This document shows positions 41,603 through 51,398 of a stretch of DNA of 64,000 nucleotides, in pieces; within the stretch, counting starts at the first letter, position 1; each line of letters starts with the position of its first letter. The translations under genes were made by a program, and so were the position numbers. The stretch comes from Dehalococcoidia bacterium (GTDB taxonomy: Bacteria > Chloroflexota > Dehalococcoidia > UBA2979), in NCBI GenBank assembly GCA_965262725.1, contig OZ253555.1, forward strand, positions 3,456,001-3,520,000. Reading direction: 5' to 3'. The notes below the pieces were generated by a model. The model did no database searches. It saw nothing but the letters and a program-made list of their open reading frames with translations, and was not told the origin of the DNA.

Positions 41603-43768
41603 CTAGACCGGGTCGTAGAGTTCGAGGCGCTCCTGCCGCATTCGGTCCCCGAACACCGCGAGCAGGACATCGAACTCGCCGATGTCGTGCTCGGAGACGA
41701 GAGTGATCGCCGTCCCGTGCCGCCCCGCACGACCGGTGCGCCCGACGCGGTGCACGTATTCCTCCGCGTTCTGGGGGACATCGAAGTTGACGACGTGCGT
41801 GATCTCCGGGATGTCGAGGCCGCGCGCCGCGACGTTCGTCGCGACCAGCAGGTCGAGCTCCCCCGCGCGGAAACGCCTCACCACTTGATCGCGGCGCTTC
41901 TGATCCATGTCACCGTGGAGCGCCCCGGCGCTAACGCCCATCTCACGAAGCCGGGCCGAGACGTAGTCGACTCCGCGCCTGGTGCGCGAGAAGACCAGCG
42001 TTCGTCCCTTGAGCTCGCGCTCCACCAACTCGCGCAGTCCCCGCAGCTTGTCGCGGTGCGCGACCTCCACGTAGTACTGGTCGATGGTGTCCACCGTGTC
42101 GTGTTGCTCGGCGACGGAGACCGTCTCCGGATCCTGCATGTAGCGGCGGACCAATCGCATCACCGCGTGCGGCATCGTCGCCGAGAAGAGCGAGGTCTGC
42201 CGCCGGCGCGGCGTCCTCTGGAGGATGCGCGTGATGTCCGGCAGGAAGCCAATGTCGAGCATCTCGTCCGCCTCGTCGAGGACGGCGTAGCGCACGCGGC
42301 GCAGCTCGAGCGTCCCGCGCCGCAGGTGGTCGAGAACACGGCCCGGCGTCCCCACGACGACGTGCGGACGACCCTCCAGCGCGCGGAAGTCGCCGGCGAG
42401 CGCGCGGCCCCCGAGGAGCCCCACCACCGCCAGCCCGTAGGGCGCAGCGAGCCCCTCGAGCACGCCGAGCACCTGCTGTGCCAGCTCGCGCGTGGGGACG
42501 AGGACCACCGCCTGCACCTCGCGCCGCTCTACGTCGATGCGTTCCACGAGCGGGAGCCCGAAGGCGAGCGTCTTCCCGCTCCCGGTCTGGGCGACGCCCA
42601 CCACGTCGCGTCCGGCGAGCAGGGCGGGGATCGAGCGCTCCTGAATCGGCGTCGGCTCCTCGAAACCCATCTCCGCCAGCATCCGCAGCGAGAGATCCGT
42701 CACGCCGAGTGCGGAGAACGCCCGGGGAAGCTCCCCCGAGGGACGGCGCGACACCGCCGGCGTCGCGCGGCGCGGTCCCGGGGCGGCCGACCCCTCCGTC
42801 GGCGTCGCGTCGCCCGCGTCGACTCCGCCGCTCTCGTCCTGTGCCCGCGGTGCGTCGCCCGCGTCGACTCCGCCGCTCCCGTCCTGTGCCCGCGGCGCGT
42901 CGCCCGCGTCAACTCCGCCGCTCTCCTCCTGTGCCCGCGGCGCATCGCCCGCGTCGACTCCGCCGCTCTCGTCCTCCGCCGCGTCGGGGGCGGCGTCACC
43001 GCGACGGTGGCGTCGCCCGCCACGTCGGCCTCGCCGCCGCCTGCGCGGAGCGGCCTCGTCCTCCGCCGGCGTCGTGTCGCCTGCGTCGGGGGGTGGCACG
43101 TCCTCGGGCACGGTGAGCGTGAGCTCCGGGTCCGGCGGCGACTCGTGAGGTGGTTCCGGGGGCGCCTTCGGGAGCGCCTTCGGCGACTCCGCCTGCTTGT
43201 GCGATGCCCCCACGGCCGGGAGGTACCGTCGGCCGCCGACGAGAATCACGCGTTTGGTCGTGCGCAGCCCCGGCGGAGGGCGGCGCCGTCCCGGCAGCAG
43301 CGATCCGTCGCCGCCCTCGGCGGCCGGGCGGAAAGCGACATCCTCGGGAAGCGGCTCCTCCAGCCGGCGCTCCCGCCCCCGGCGTCGGTCGCCGAGGCCG
43401 CGGATCGTCCCGCTCCCCCGGCGACGGCCGCCCGCGACGGCGACGTCCCGGCCCCGGGAGCGCTCGTCCCCTGAGCGAGGCTTCTCGGCGGCCGGTCTGG
43501 GAGCCGGCTGGTCCGATCGTGGCTCGGGAGCCCCCGTGCCCGGCCCGGCGCCGTTGGTCGCCGTGCCGCCCGGAGCGGCGCCACTCCCGCGACCGCCCCG
43601 CCCGCGCCGCCCCCGGCGGCGGCGCTTGCGCGTCCCCTCATCGAGCGCACCGGCGCTTGCGAGATCGGAGGCGCCCTCTACGCCCGTCGCGACCGAAGCG
43701 CTGGCCGCCTGCTCCCGGGCCGGCCCGCGATCGGCGACGCGCGAGAGAATGCGGCGCAGCGCCTTCAC
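41603..43768 (-). CDS. DEAD-box RNA helicase with a long disordered N-terminal extension
   Basis: Q-motif GFEEPTPIQ, AQTGSGKT, PTRELA, DEAD, SAT, ARGLD, HRVGRTGR; GTG start inferred. Confidence 0.93.
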   Translation of the reverse strand: MKALRRILSRVADRGPAREQAASASVATGVEGASDLASAGALDEGTRKRRRRGRRGRGGRGSGAAPGGTATNGAGPGTGAPEPRSDQPAPRPAAEKPRSGDERSRGRDVAVAGGRRRGSGTIRGLGDRRRGRERRLEEPLPEDVAFRPAAEGGDGSLLPGRRRPPPGLRTTKRVILVGGRRYLPAVGASHKQAESPKALPKAPPEPPHESPPDPELTLTVPEDVPPPDAGDTTPAEDEAAPRRRRRGRRGGRRHRRGDAAPDAAEDESGGVDAGDAPRAQEESGGVDAGDAPRAQDGSGGVDAGDAPRAQDESGGVDAGDATPTEGSAAPGPRRATPAVSRRPSGELPRAFSALGVTDLSLRMLAEMGFEEPTPIQERSIPALLAGRDVVGVAQTGSGKTLAFGLPLVERIDVERREVQAVVLVPTRELAQQVLGVLEGLAAPYGLAVVGLLGGRALAGDFRALEGRPHVVVGTPGRVLDHLRRGTLELRRVRYAVLDEADEMLDIGFLPDITRILQRTPRRRQTSLFSATMPHAVMRLVRRYMQDPETVSVAEQHDTVDTIDQYYVEVAHRDKLRGLRELVERELKGRTLVFSRTRRGVDYVSARLREMGVSAGALHGDMDQKRRDQVVRRFRAGELDLLVATNVAARGLDIPEITHVVNFDVPQNAEEYVHRVGRTGRAGRHGTAITLVSEHDIGEFDVLLAVFGDRMRQERLELYDPV
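42806..42975. repeat. 45-bp tandem repeat, about 3.8 copies, in frame (ESGGVDAGDAPRAQD)
   Basis: Units begin at 42806, 42851, 42896 and 42941. Confidence 0.9.
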
Positions 43769-43920
43769 GGTCGGCGCGCCACAAGGGGGGCGGCGCTGCC
43801 GCCGCGCGTGGCCGGGAGAACATCGTGGTGCAAGGGCGCGCTGGCCGGTCGCGGCGCGCGGCCCGGAGACTGGGTCATCGGCTACATCATAGCAGGCGAT
43901 CCACCTCCGGCACGCCGCTC

Positions 43921-44802
43921 CTAGCGGAGGACGATGACCCGGCGGCCGTGCACGAAGACGCGACCCTCCACGTGCCACCCCACCGCGCGAGCGAGCACCG
44001 AGCGCTCCACCTCGCGGCCGATGCGGACGAGATCGGGGTAGAGATCGCGGTGAGTCACGCGGGCGACGTCCTGCTCGATGATCGGCCCCGCGTCCAGCTC
44101 CTCCGCCGCGTAGTGGGCGGTGGCACCGATGACCTTCACCCCCCGCTCGAAGGCCTGCCGATACGGCGCCGCGCCCGGGAAAGCCGGCAGGAACGAGTGG
44201 TGAATGTTGATCACGCGTTGCGGGTAGCGCGCGAGGAACTCTCTCGAGAGCACCTGCATGTAGCGCGCGAGCACGACGAGGTCGATGTCGTCCCCCAGCG
44301 CCTCGTGGATCGCCCGCTCCTGCTCGGGCCTGGTCTCGGGCGTCACGGGTAGGTGCTCGTAGCGGATGCCGAACGCCTCCACCTGATCGCGCAACACGTC
44401 GTGATTGGAGACGACGACGGGAATCTCGATCGGCAGATACCCCCGGCTCCAACGCCAGAGCAGCTCGAGCAGGCAATGCTCGGCGCGAGAGACGAGCACG
44501 GCGACGCGCGGCCTGCTGCCTGCATCGACGAGGTGCCACTCCATGTCGAGGGGCCCGGCAACCGTCTCCTCGAAGCCGCGAGCCACTTCGTCGAGCGGCG
44601 CATCGATACCGGCGACGGCGATCTCCGCGCGCAGGAAGTAGCGGGGTTCCTCTCCCGGCGCGTCGTCCCTCGTCACATGCTGATCCGCCTGCACGATGTT
44701 CGCGCCGCACCGCGCCAGGTAGGAGAAGACGGCCGCGTTGATCCCCGGGCGATCGCCGCAGTGCGCGACCAGCCGCCAGAGCGCGCTCGCATGAGTCGCC
44801 AT
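43921..44802 (-). CDS. purU: Formyltetrahydrofolate deformylase
   Basis: ACT domain CGDRPGI, LARYMQVLS, INIHHSFLPAF, GATAHY, LDAGPII. Confidence 0.96.
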   Translation of the reverse strand: MATHASALWRLVAHCGDRPGINAAVFSYLARCGANIVQADQHVTRDDAPGEEPRYFLRAEIAVAGIDAPLDEVARGFEETVAGPLDMEWHLVDAGSRPRVAVLVSRAEHCLLELLWRWSRGYLPIEIPVVVSNHDVLRDQVEAFGIRYEHLPVTPETRPEQERAIHEALGDDIDLVVLARYMQVLSREFLARYPQRVINIHHSFLPAFPGAAPYRQAFERGVKVIGATAHYAAEELDAGPIIEQDVARVTHRDLYPDLVRIGREVERSVLARAVGWHVEGRVFVHGRRVIVLR

Positions 44803-44855
44803 GGGCCCCATCGTACGACGCCCCAGCCCCCGGAGACCGGGATCGGCCGGAGCGA

Positions 44856-45863
44856 CTATCCGGGGCGGGGCCGCGCCGGGACCAGGCTCCTGGTCGGCAC
44901 GTCGAGGCGCAGCCTCTCGGTACGGGGGAGGTAGCACTCGCGCTCCGAGCAGGCCTGGTAGCTCACCTCGATGTCGAGCGGAATCGTGCCCTCGCGACTC
45001 TCGCTCACCAGCGGCACGACGACCACGATTTCGCCAACGAAGGCCGGGAGCTCCGCGTCGATGCCCGCGACGCGGTACGGCTCCGTCGGCGGGTACCGCG
45101 CCGCCGCGACCTCAAGCGGTGACGTCGAGGTGACCCGCACGGTCGTCGGGTAGAAGCCCTCCGGCACCGGCCGGCCGTAGAGGTGCAGCCCCGGCTGAGG
45201 CTCCAGCCGGACCGCGAGGTCGACGACCTGGCCGAAGCGGAAGACGGGCGCCTCGAGGGTAGCGCTGACGGCCACCACGCCCTCCGCCGACGAGGCGCTC
45301 GGCCAGGAGTCGGGAGCGGCGCGTCCCCCCACCCGACGGATGACGGCCGCACCGGACTCCCGAACGCGGTGCGAGCGGTGGAAGACCTTCTGCTCGACGC
45401 GCCCGTCGCGGCCGACGAGATAGGAGCCCGGGAGGGCGATCCCATAGTGCTCCTCCCCCGGGAGGAGCGCGGTGTTGAGGATGCCGTAGCGGCGGATGAC
45501 CGCAGAGCCCTCGTCTGAGAGCAGCGGGTACGCGATGGCGTGGTCGGCGGCGAAGCCAGAGAGGACCGTCGGCGCGTCGTAGCTCACGGCGAGGGGCACG
45601 ATGCCCTGCCCGGCGAGGTCAGGAAGGCTCCTCTGCAGCTCCACGAGCTGCGTGCGGCAGAACGGTCACCAGCGCGCGGAGCGGTAGAAGACGACGAGCG
45701 CGCGGGACCCCTCCAGCACCTGGGAGAGCGTGACGGGCAGGCCGTGCTGGTCGGGGAGCGAGAAGTCGGGGACGAGATCGCCGACCGCGGGTCCCGTCGG
45801 GAGGCCATCGCTCTCTGGGGCGGGGAGCCCTGAGCCGTCCCGCGCGCCGCGCTCGTCGGTCAC
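44856..45863 (-). CDS. Selenocysteine peroxiredoxin-like (AhpC/TSA) protein fused to a DsbD-N-like domain
   Basis: VGDLVPDFSLPDQ..FYRSARW-TGA(45666-68)-PFCRTQL gives UPFC; C-term YQACSERECYLP. Confidence 0.88.
45635..45655 (-). promoter_or_regulatory. Putative SECIS hairpin
   Basis: GCAGCTC-GTG-GAGCTGC perfect stem starting about 15 nt after the UGA. Confidence 0.55.
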
Positions 45864-47033
45864 TTCGCCCCTTCTCCCGTGACCCAGGCGGACGGGCATC
45901 CACACGGATCTGGGCTGGCCAGGACGACCCTAGGCAATCTCGAGCCCGGAACGCAGCCTACTCTCAATCCACCGAATGGCGCCGAACCGCGCCGCGCCGG
46001 ATGGTGTAGCCAATGACGACCGCAGACGCTCGAGACCCGCGTGAGGATCGCGCGGCACTCGAAGGGCTGCTCGGCCCCGCTGAAGCGATCGAGACGCACC
46101 TGTTGCACTGGACGTCGACCCGGTTTCCAGGGGGTGACGACGCCCGATCGGGCCTCCCGTACGACGCCGATCGCCATGAGGCGGTCTATTACCATCACGA
46201 CCCCACCTCCGGCCTCCGAGCGATGATCGCGTTGCACGCGACCGTCCTCGGTCCCGGTCTGGGAGGGGCGCGCTGGCAGCCATACGCGGACATCGGCGAA
46301 GCGCTGACCGACGTGCTGCGACTCTCGGCGGCCATGACGGCAAAGATGGGAGTCTCGGGCCTCGACTGCGGCGGCGGCAAGGCCGTGATCGTCGGGGACC
46401 CGACGACCAAGACGACCGACCAACTCGCCGCCTACGGCCGCTTCGTCGAGCGGCTGCACGGGCACTACGTCACCGGCACCCACGTGGGCACCACCCTGGA
46501 TGAACTGCCAAAGATCGCCCAGCAAACGTCCCATATCGTGGGCCTCAGTCCGACCGGCGATGTCGTCAAGGACACGGCGGAGCCGACGGTGCTCAACGGT
46601 ATGCGCGCGGCGCTGCGCGCCGTGTTCGGAGACGGCTCGCTGGGCGGGGCGTCGCATCGTTGTCATCGGCGTGGGCAAGGTCGGCGGGGAGGTGACGCGC
46701 CGGGCCACCGCCGAGGGCGCTGAGGTCGCGGTAGCGGACCTGCACGAGGACGTCGCCGCTGATCTCGCGAATCAGATCGGCGCCGAACTCATCGCCCTCG
46801 ACGCCGCTTATCTCGAATCCACCGAACGAAGCTTGACGAGGCGGGGTGCCGGGCTGCCGGAGAGTTCGGCGGGCGTGCCGGCGTTCGCCGGGCGGCGCCG
46901 GGGGCGGGCCGGAGCCAGGAGCCGTCGCTCAGCACCGCTCGGGGGCGCTGAGGGTGCGGGCGCGAGGGTGCGCGAGGCGTGGGCGGGCATGCTGGCGCGA
47001 GCCTCGGACCCGGGTCGGCGCTGTGAGCGGGCG

Positions 47034-48359
47034 TCAGGCCGGGAGCGGTATCGCCCGTAGTCGCGCGAGCGCGGCTGCCAGCTGCTCTGCCCAGGGCCAG
47101 CGCTTCGGGAGGTGCAGAGTCCACCGCCGGGCAGAGCGGGTGAGCCGTCCGGCGAGAGAGAAGTAGCGCCGCCTGAGCGTCCTGGTCGTCATGATTCCCT
47201 CGCCGAGCCCGAGGCGCGCCGTCCAGCGGGCGAGGTTGTGCGCGATCACCTGCACCGCGAGCCACGCCGCGTTCGCGGCGAAGCGGCCCGAGGGGAGATG
47301 GTTCAACCCGACGCCGTACTTGAGGTCGCGGATCGCGTTCTCGATCTCGGCGTGACGGCGATGGTCGGCCTCCAGCTCCATCATCTCCCCCGCGCGGTTG
47401 GTGATGAAGACGTGGTAACTGTAGTCCACGAAGAGCGCGAGCTGTGACCCGGGCGTCGGCGTGACGCGCCGCACGATGAGCCGCACCGCAGTGGCGTCCC
47501 CCGTGTGCTGGAACGGCGTGTAGGTCGTCTCGGCGACAGCGGCGCCGCCCGCCAGCCAGTACGGGATCGGCGTCCAGTCCTCTTCCGGTATCGCCTCGAT
47601 CAGCGTGCGTAGGTTCCGCTGCTGGCGGACCGTGACTGAGAAGCGGACATCCATCGCGCGGCAGGCGGCGACGACGGCGTGGGTGTAGAAGCCGCTGTCG
47701 GCGCGCACCGTGAGCTGCCCGCTCGCCCCGGCGTCGCGCACCCGCGCCACCGTCTCACGCAGGAAGTGGGCGGCCCCCCGAGCGGTGTTGGCACGGCCCC
47801 CGCGCAGCCGGGCCATCAGCACCTCACCCGTCCCGGCCGCCACCGCGAACAGCGGGTGATAGCCCCGCACGCCCGTGTAGCCGTGGTGCCGGGCGCCCTC
47901 TTTCGCCAGTCCGTAGGTCTCGCAGAGCGTCGAGTCGAGGTCGATCGTGAACGGCGCCGCGCCGGGTCCCGCCCCGGCCGCCCAGCTGCGGGCCAGCAAC
48001 TCGCGGCTGACGCGGTCGAGCTGACGGACGTGGCCCCAGCGAAAGCTGCGCAGGAAGGTCCCGAGGGTGGACGGCGCCTTCACGGTGCAGCCGAGCACGC
48101 GCCCGGCGCCGCCTGAGCGCATGGCATCGGCGTCATCGATGCAGTCGCCGCCCGCGAGCGCCGAGGCGATGAGAGTCATCAGCTTGTCGCCGACGTTCGC
48201 CCGCCCCGCTGCGTCACCGAGGTCGAGGTGGGCGTCTGCCAGTTCACGGAGGCCGAGCCGGCCAGCGAGCGTGGCCGGGAGCAGCAGGCCCGCGTCGTCC
48301 ACGAGGCGGTCGTCGTCGAAGGCGATGTGTATCCGGTCGGGGCTGCTCGTTGGTAGCAT
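47034..48359 (-). CDS. IS1380-family DDE transposase
   Basis: AGLL, APSTLGTFLR, IDLDST, GYHPL, VRADSGFY, HRRHAEIENAIRDLK. Confidence 0.93.
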   Translation of the reverse strand: MLPTSSPDRIHIAFDDDRLVDDAGLLLPATLAGRLGLRELADAHLDLGDAAGRANVGDKLMTLIASALAGGDCIDDADAMRSGGAGRVLGCTVKAPSTLGTFLRSFRWGHVRQLDRVSRELLARSWAAGAGPGAAPFTIDLDSTLCETYGLAKEGARHHGYTGVRGYHPLFAVAAGTGEVLMARLRGGRANTARGAAHFLRETVARVRDAGASGQLTVRADSGFYTHAVVAACRAMDVRFSVTVRQQRNLRTLIEAIPEEDWTPIPYWLAGGAAVAETTYTPFQHTGDATAVRLIVRRVTPTPGSQLALFVDYSYHVFITNRAGEMMELEADHRRHAEIENAIRDLKYGVGLNHLPSGRFAANAAWLAVQVIAHNLARWTARLGLGEGIMTTRTLRRRYFSLAGRLTRSARRWTLHLPKRWPWAEQLAAALARLRAIPLPA

Positions 48360-48532
48360 CGAATGGGTGCTCCCTGTGGCTGTGACGTGATTCGTTGAAA
48401 AACCATTGTCCCAGCTACAGCGGAGCACCCATTCGCAGCCGCGCATGCGCTCTTCTTCGGTTCGCGGTAGGGATGCCGGTTGCCCGGCACCCCCCGCACA
48501 GATCCGGACGTGCCCTCTCGGGCATCCGGCTC

Positions 48533-49861
48533 CTACCTCAAGTGCGTGACGGCAAATCGCTCCGCAGGCCACGGGTGAAGGATGGAGATTCGGGGCCAGT
48601 GTTTCTGGCACAGGGCAAGGATGCGCTCCCACGTGAAACGGTCGCGCTGCGACCGCCGTCGGAGAACGCGCAGCCAGAGCCGCTTCACGACACGAACAAA
48701 CTGCGTGAGCGCCGGCGAGCTGGTCGGCACCGCGTAGTAGCCAAGCCACCCACGCAGTACCCGCCCCAGCCACTGCCCCGTCGTCACGGGGTTGTCGTGC
48801 ATGCGCCGCCACAACTCGGCCTTGATGGCCTTCAGCGTCCGGCGCATCCGCTTCGCAACGGGCTTGCGCCCCAGCCCGAATCTCCCGTCGCGTCGGGTCC
48901 GGCAGTAGTGCGTCATGCCGAGAAAGTCGAACGTCTCCGGTCGGCCCTCCCCGCGCTTCCGCCTGTTCGCCAGCGCGAACCTGCCGAACTCAAGTAGACG
49001 GGTCTTCTCCGGGTGCAGCTCCAGCCCGTAGGCCGCGAACCGCTCCCGGAGTGCCTCCATGAACCGCACCGCATCGCTGCGGTGCTGGAACCCCAGGACG
49101 AAGTCATCGGCATACCGCACGATGTACGCCTCGCCCCGGACCTCCCGCGGTCGCCACTCGCGCGCAAACCAGTCGTCGAGCACGTTGTGCAGGTACACGT
49201 TCGCAAGCAGCGGCGATATCGGCGCCCCCTGCGGCATCCCCCGCACGAAATCGACTTCCGGCTCCGCGTCCATGACGCCGACGCTCAGCCACTTTCGTAT
49301 CAGGCGCAACACCCGCTGGTCCCCGATGCGCATCTCCAGAAACGACATCAGCCGCCCCCGGTCGATGCTGCCGAAGAACTCCCGGATGTCCACCTCGACA
49401 ATCCAGCTGACCTTGCGCCGTTCGACCGCGTAGGCCAGTGCGTCCAGCGCGTCATGCGCCGAACGCCCCGGCCTGAAGCCATGCGAGAAGCCGTAGTAGC
49501 CCGACTCGTAAATCGGGTTCAAAAGATTGTCCACCACCGCCCGCTGAACGATCTTGTCCTCCAGCGAGACGATACCGAGCGGCCGTATTCCCCCGTCCGG
49601 CTTGGGTATCTCTACCCGCCTGACGGGCTTCGCCCGGTACGCTCCACGGTGTACGCGGCCATGCAGGTCGAGCAATCGCTCGTCCAGCCCGTCCCCGTAT
49701 TCTCGCCACCTCACCCCGTCCACGCCCGGAGCCGCATCCCGCTTCAACGCGAGATACGCCTCCCGCAGCGCCTCCGGCGTGATGTGGTGCAAGAGCGCGG
49801 TGAGTTTCTCTCCCGGCTTCCGTTCCACGAACTGCCGTATCCTCTCCGCTCCGGGTGACAC
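48533..49861 (-). CDS. ltrA: Group II intron reverse transcriptase/maturase
   Basis: APGVDG, IPKPDG..RPLGI, GFRPGRS, PQGAPISPLLAN, RYADD, FDFLG, maturase X domain; no HNH. Confidence 0.95.
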   Translation of the reverse strand: MSPGAERIRQFVERKPGEKLTALLHHITPEALREAYLALKRDAAPGVDGVRWREYGDGLDERLLDLHGRVHRGAYRAKPVRRVEIPKPDGGIRPLGIVSLEDKIVQRAVVDNLLNPIYESGYYGFSHGFRPGRSAHDALDALAYAVERRKVSWIVEVDIREFFGSIDRGRLMSFLEMRIGDQRVLRLIRKWLSVGVMDAEPEVDFVRGMPQGAPISPLLANVYLHNVLDDWFAREWRPREVRGEAYIVRYADDFVLGFQHRSDAVRFMEALRERFAAYGLELHPEKTRLLEFGRFALANRRKRGEGRPETFDFLGMTHYCRTRRDGRFGLGRKPVAKRMRRTLKAIKAELWRRMHDNPVTTGQWLGRVLRGWLGYYAVPTSSPALTQFVRVVKRLWLRVLRRRSQRDRFTWERILALCQKHWPRISILHPWPAERFAVTHLR

Positions 49862-50089
49862 CGCACCCCGACTCTGCGTCCGGACCGTGCCGGTGCTTTG
49901 AGGATTCCTCTCGGTTGGGGCCCTTTGCTCCAGCGACTCCGCCGGGGCTCGCGCCCCCTTCTATGAGGGTCGTCTGATCCGCAAGGCCGACGTGGCGGCC
50001 TTCTGCACCGTTCTACCGATCGCGCCTCCCGTCCGCAGCCCTGTGGTGGTTGTCGGTGCCGATGCGAGTGGTGCCGCCGTCTTGTCCCC

Positions 50090-50240
50090 GGGACGTTGTG
50101 GTGACCGTGCTTCTATTCGCACTCGTCGAGGGGCCGCTCCGGGCCCGGTGCATGATGATCAGCCTGTCTCCAGGGTGTGGGCGCTGCCATCTTGTTCCCG
50201 TCCTCGTTGGGACCAGGGGGTTCCGCAGTCGCCCGCGTGT
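50090..50240 (-). ncRNA. Predicted bridge/seek RNA of the IS1111-type element
   Basis: Target loop CCCCCT..hairpin..GAACAAG and donor loop TCATC..hairpin..ATAGAAG on the minus strand; boundaries approximate. Confidence 0.75.
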
Positions 50241-50306
50241 CGGCATCTCTCGTATCCTCCGAAGCCCACCGGCCGCCCGGTCGCCTCGCTCCTCGCGTGC
50301 TGTCTG

Positions 50307-51398
50307 CTACGCCGCCTCGGCCGCGCGCGCGTGGCGCAACGGCTCGTAGACCTCCCCGCTCTTCCAGAGCGCAAGCATCAGCACCGCCAGTCGCCTCGCG
50401 ACCGCGACGACGGCACGCTTCTTCGCATTGCCGGCCCCCGACTCCGCGTAACGCAGCCCCCACCTGCGGAGGTCGCTGTCGGGGCCGAAGGGGCCCAGGA
50501 TGTAGTGCGCGGCCTGGTTCAGCACCCGGCGCAGCGCCACGTCCCCTTCCTTCGTGATCCGCAGCTGGGGCTGCCGATCACCGGAATCGCGGCTCCGGGG
50601 CACCAGCCCCAGGTAGGGCCCCACCTCCCTGTTCTTGGGGAAGCGGGCCGGGTCCTCGATGGTGAGGATGAAGGTGAGCGAGGTGATCGGGCCGACGCCC
50701 ACGATCTGCCGCAGCGCGCCGGTCTCCGCGTAGCGCTCGCACATCGCGGCGAGCTTCTTGTCGGCCTGGCGGATCTCCCCGGTCAGCTGCTCGATCTGGT
50801 GGAGCACCGGCAGCAGCGCCGGGCCCAGCTCCTCGGGGATGTGCTCTCTGACCGCGCGGTGGAAGGCCGGCGCCGTGCAGCCCGGAAGCGCCGCGCCCCA
50901 CGCCTTCACCGCGCCCCGGACGTGGTTGATGAACATCGTGCGCGCCCGGACCAGCGCCTCGCGGCTGCGGAGCACCTGGAGGTCCGCCTGCGCCATGGCG
51001 CTTCGGTGCCGGATGGGGAAGAGGAGCGCCGGGTCGAATCGGCCGAGCCGTGCGAGGTGCTCGGCATCGGAGCGGTCGGTCTTGCGCTGGCTGCGCGCGA
51101 TCAGCCTGACCTGCCTCGGGTTGGCGACGATCACGTCGTGACCGAGCTCCGCGAACATCCGGCTCAGCCACGGGGAACGCGGCCCCACCTCCATCACCAC
51201 CCGGGCGCCCTGCAGTGGGGTGAGCGCCCGCGTGAGCGCCGCGGTCGTGGTGCGGACTCGCTCCTCCCGCACGATCTCCCCGTCGCCACCGAGGACGCAG
51301 AGGTGGCTGTAGCGGTCGCTGACGTCGATGCCGACAGTCACGAGCTCCGCATCCCCCACCTTCCTGCTCTCTGTGACATCTGATGTACGCTGTGCCAC
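50307..51398 (-). CDS. IS110/IS1111 recombinase
   Basis: GIDVS, VMEVG, KTDRSDA, YLGLVP..DSG; GTG start after AGGAG. Confidence 0.95.
   Translation of the reverse strand: MAQRTSDVTESRKVGDAELVTVGIDVSDRYSHLCVLGGDGEIVREERVRTTTAALTRALTPLQGARVVMEVGPRSPWLSRMFAELGHDVIVANPRQVRLIARSQRKTDRSDAEHLARLGRFDPALLFPIRHRSAMAQADLQVLRSREALVRARTMFINHVRGAVKAWGAALPGCTAPAFHRAVREHIPEELGPALLPVLHQIEQLTGEIRQADKKLAAMCERYAETGALRQIVGVGPITSLTFILTIEDPARFPKNREVGPYLGLVPRSRDSGDRQPQLRITKEGDVALRRVLNQAAHYILGPFGPDSDLRRWGLRYAESGAGNAKKRAVVAVARRLAVLMLALWKSGEVYEPLRHARAAEAA

Noticed and set aside
42806-42975. Possible CRISPR array
   Set aside because: Contiguous 45-bp coding repeats with no unique spacers and no cas genes
43769-44710. 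Upstream part of the 1035-aa helicase ORF
   Set aside because: Alternative frame overlapping purU, with no domain features
48533-49861. RT as retron, DGR or defence RT
   Set aside because: It has a maturase domain and is flanked by intron domains V/VI and a 5' GAGCG, so it is a group II intron protein
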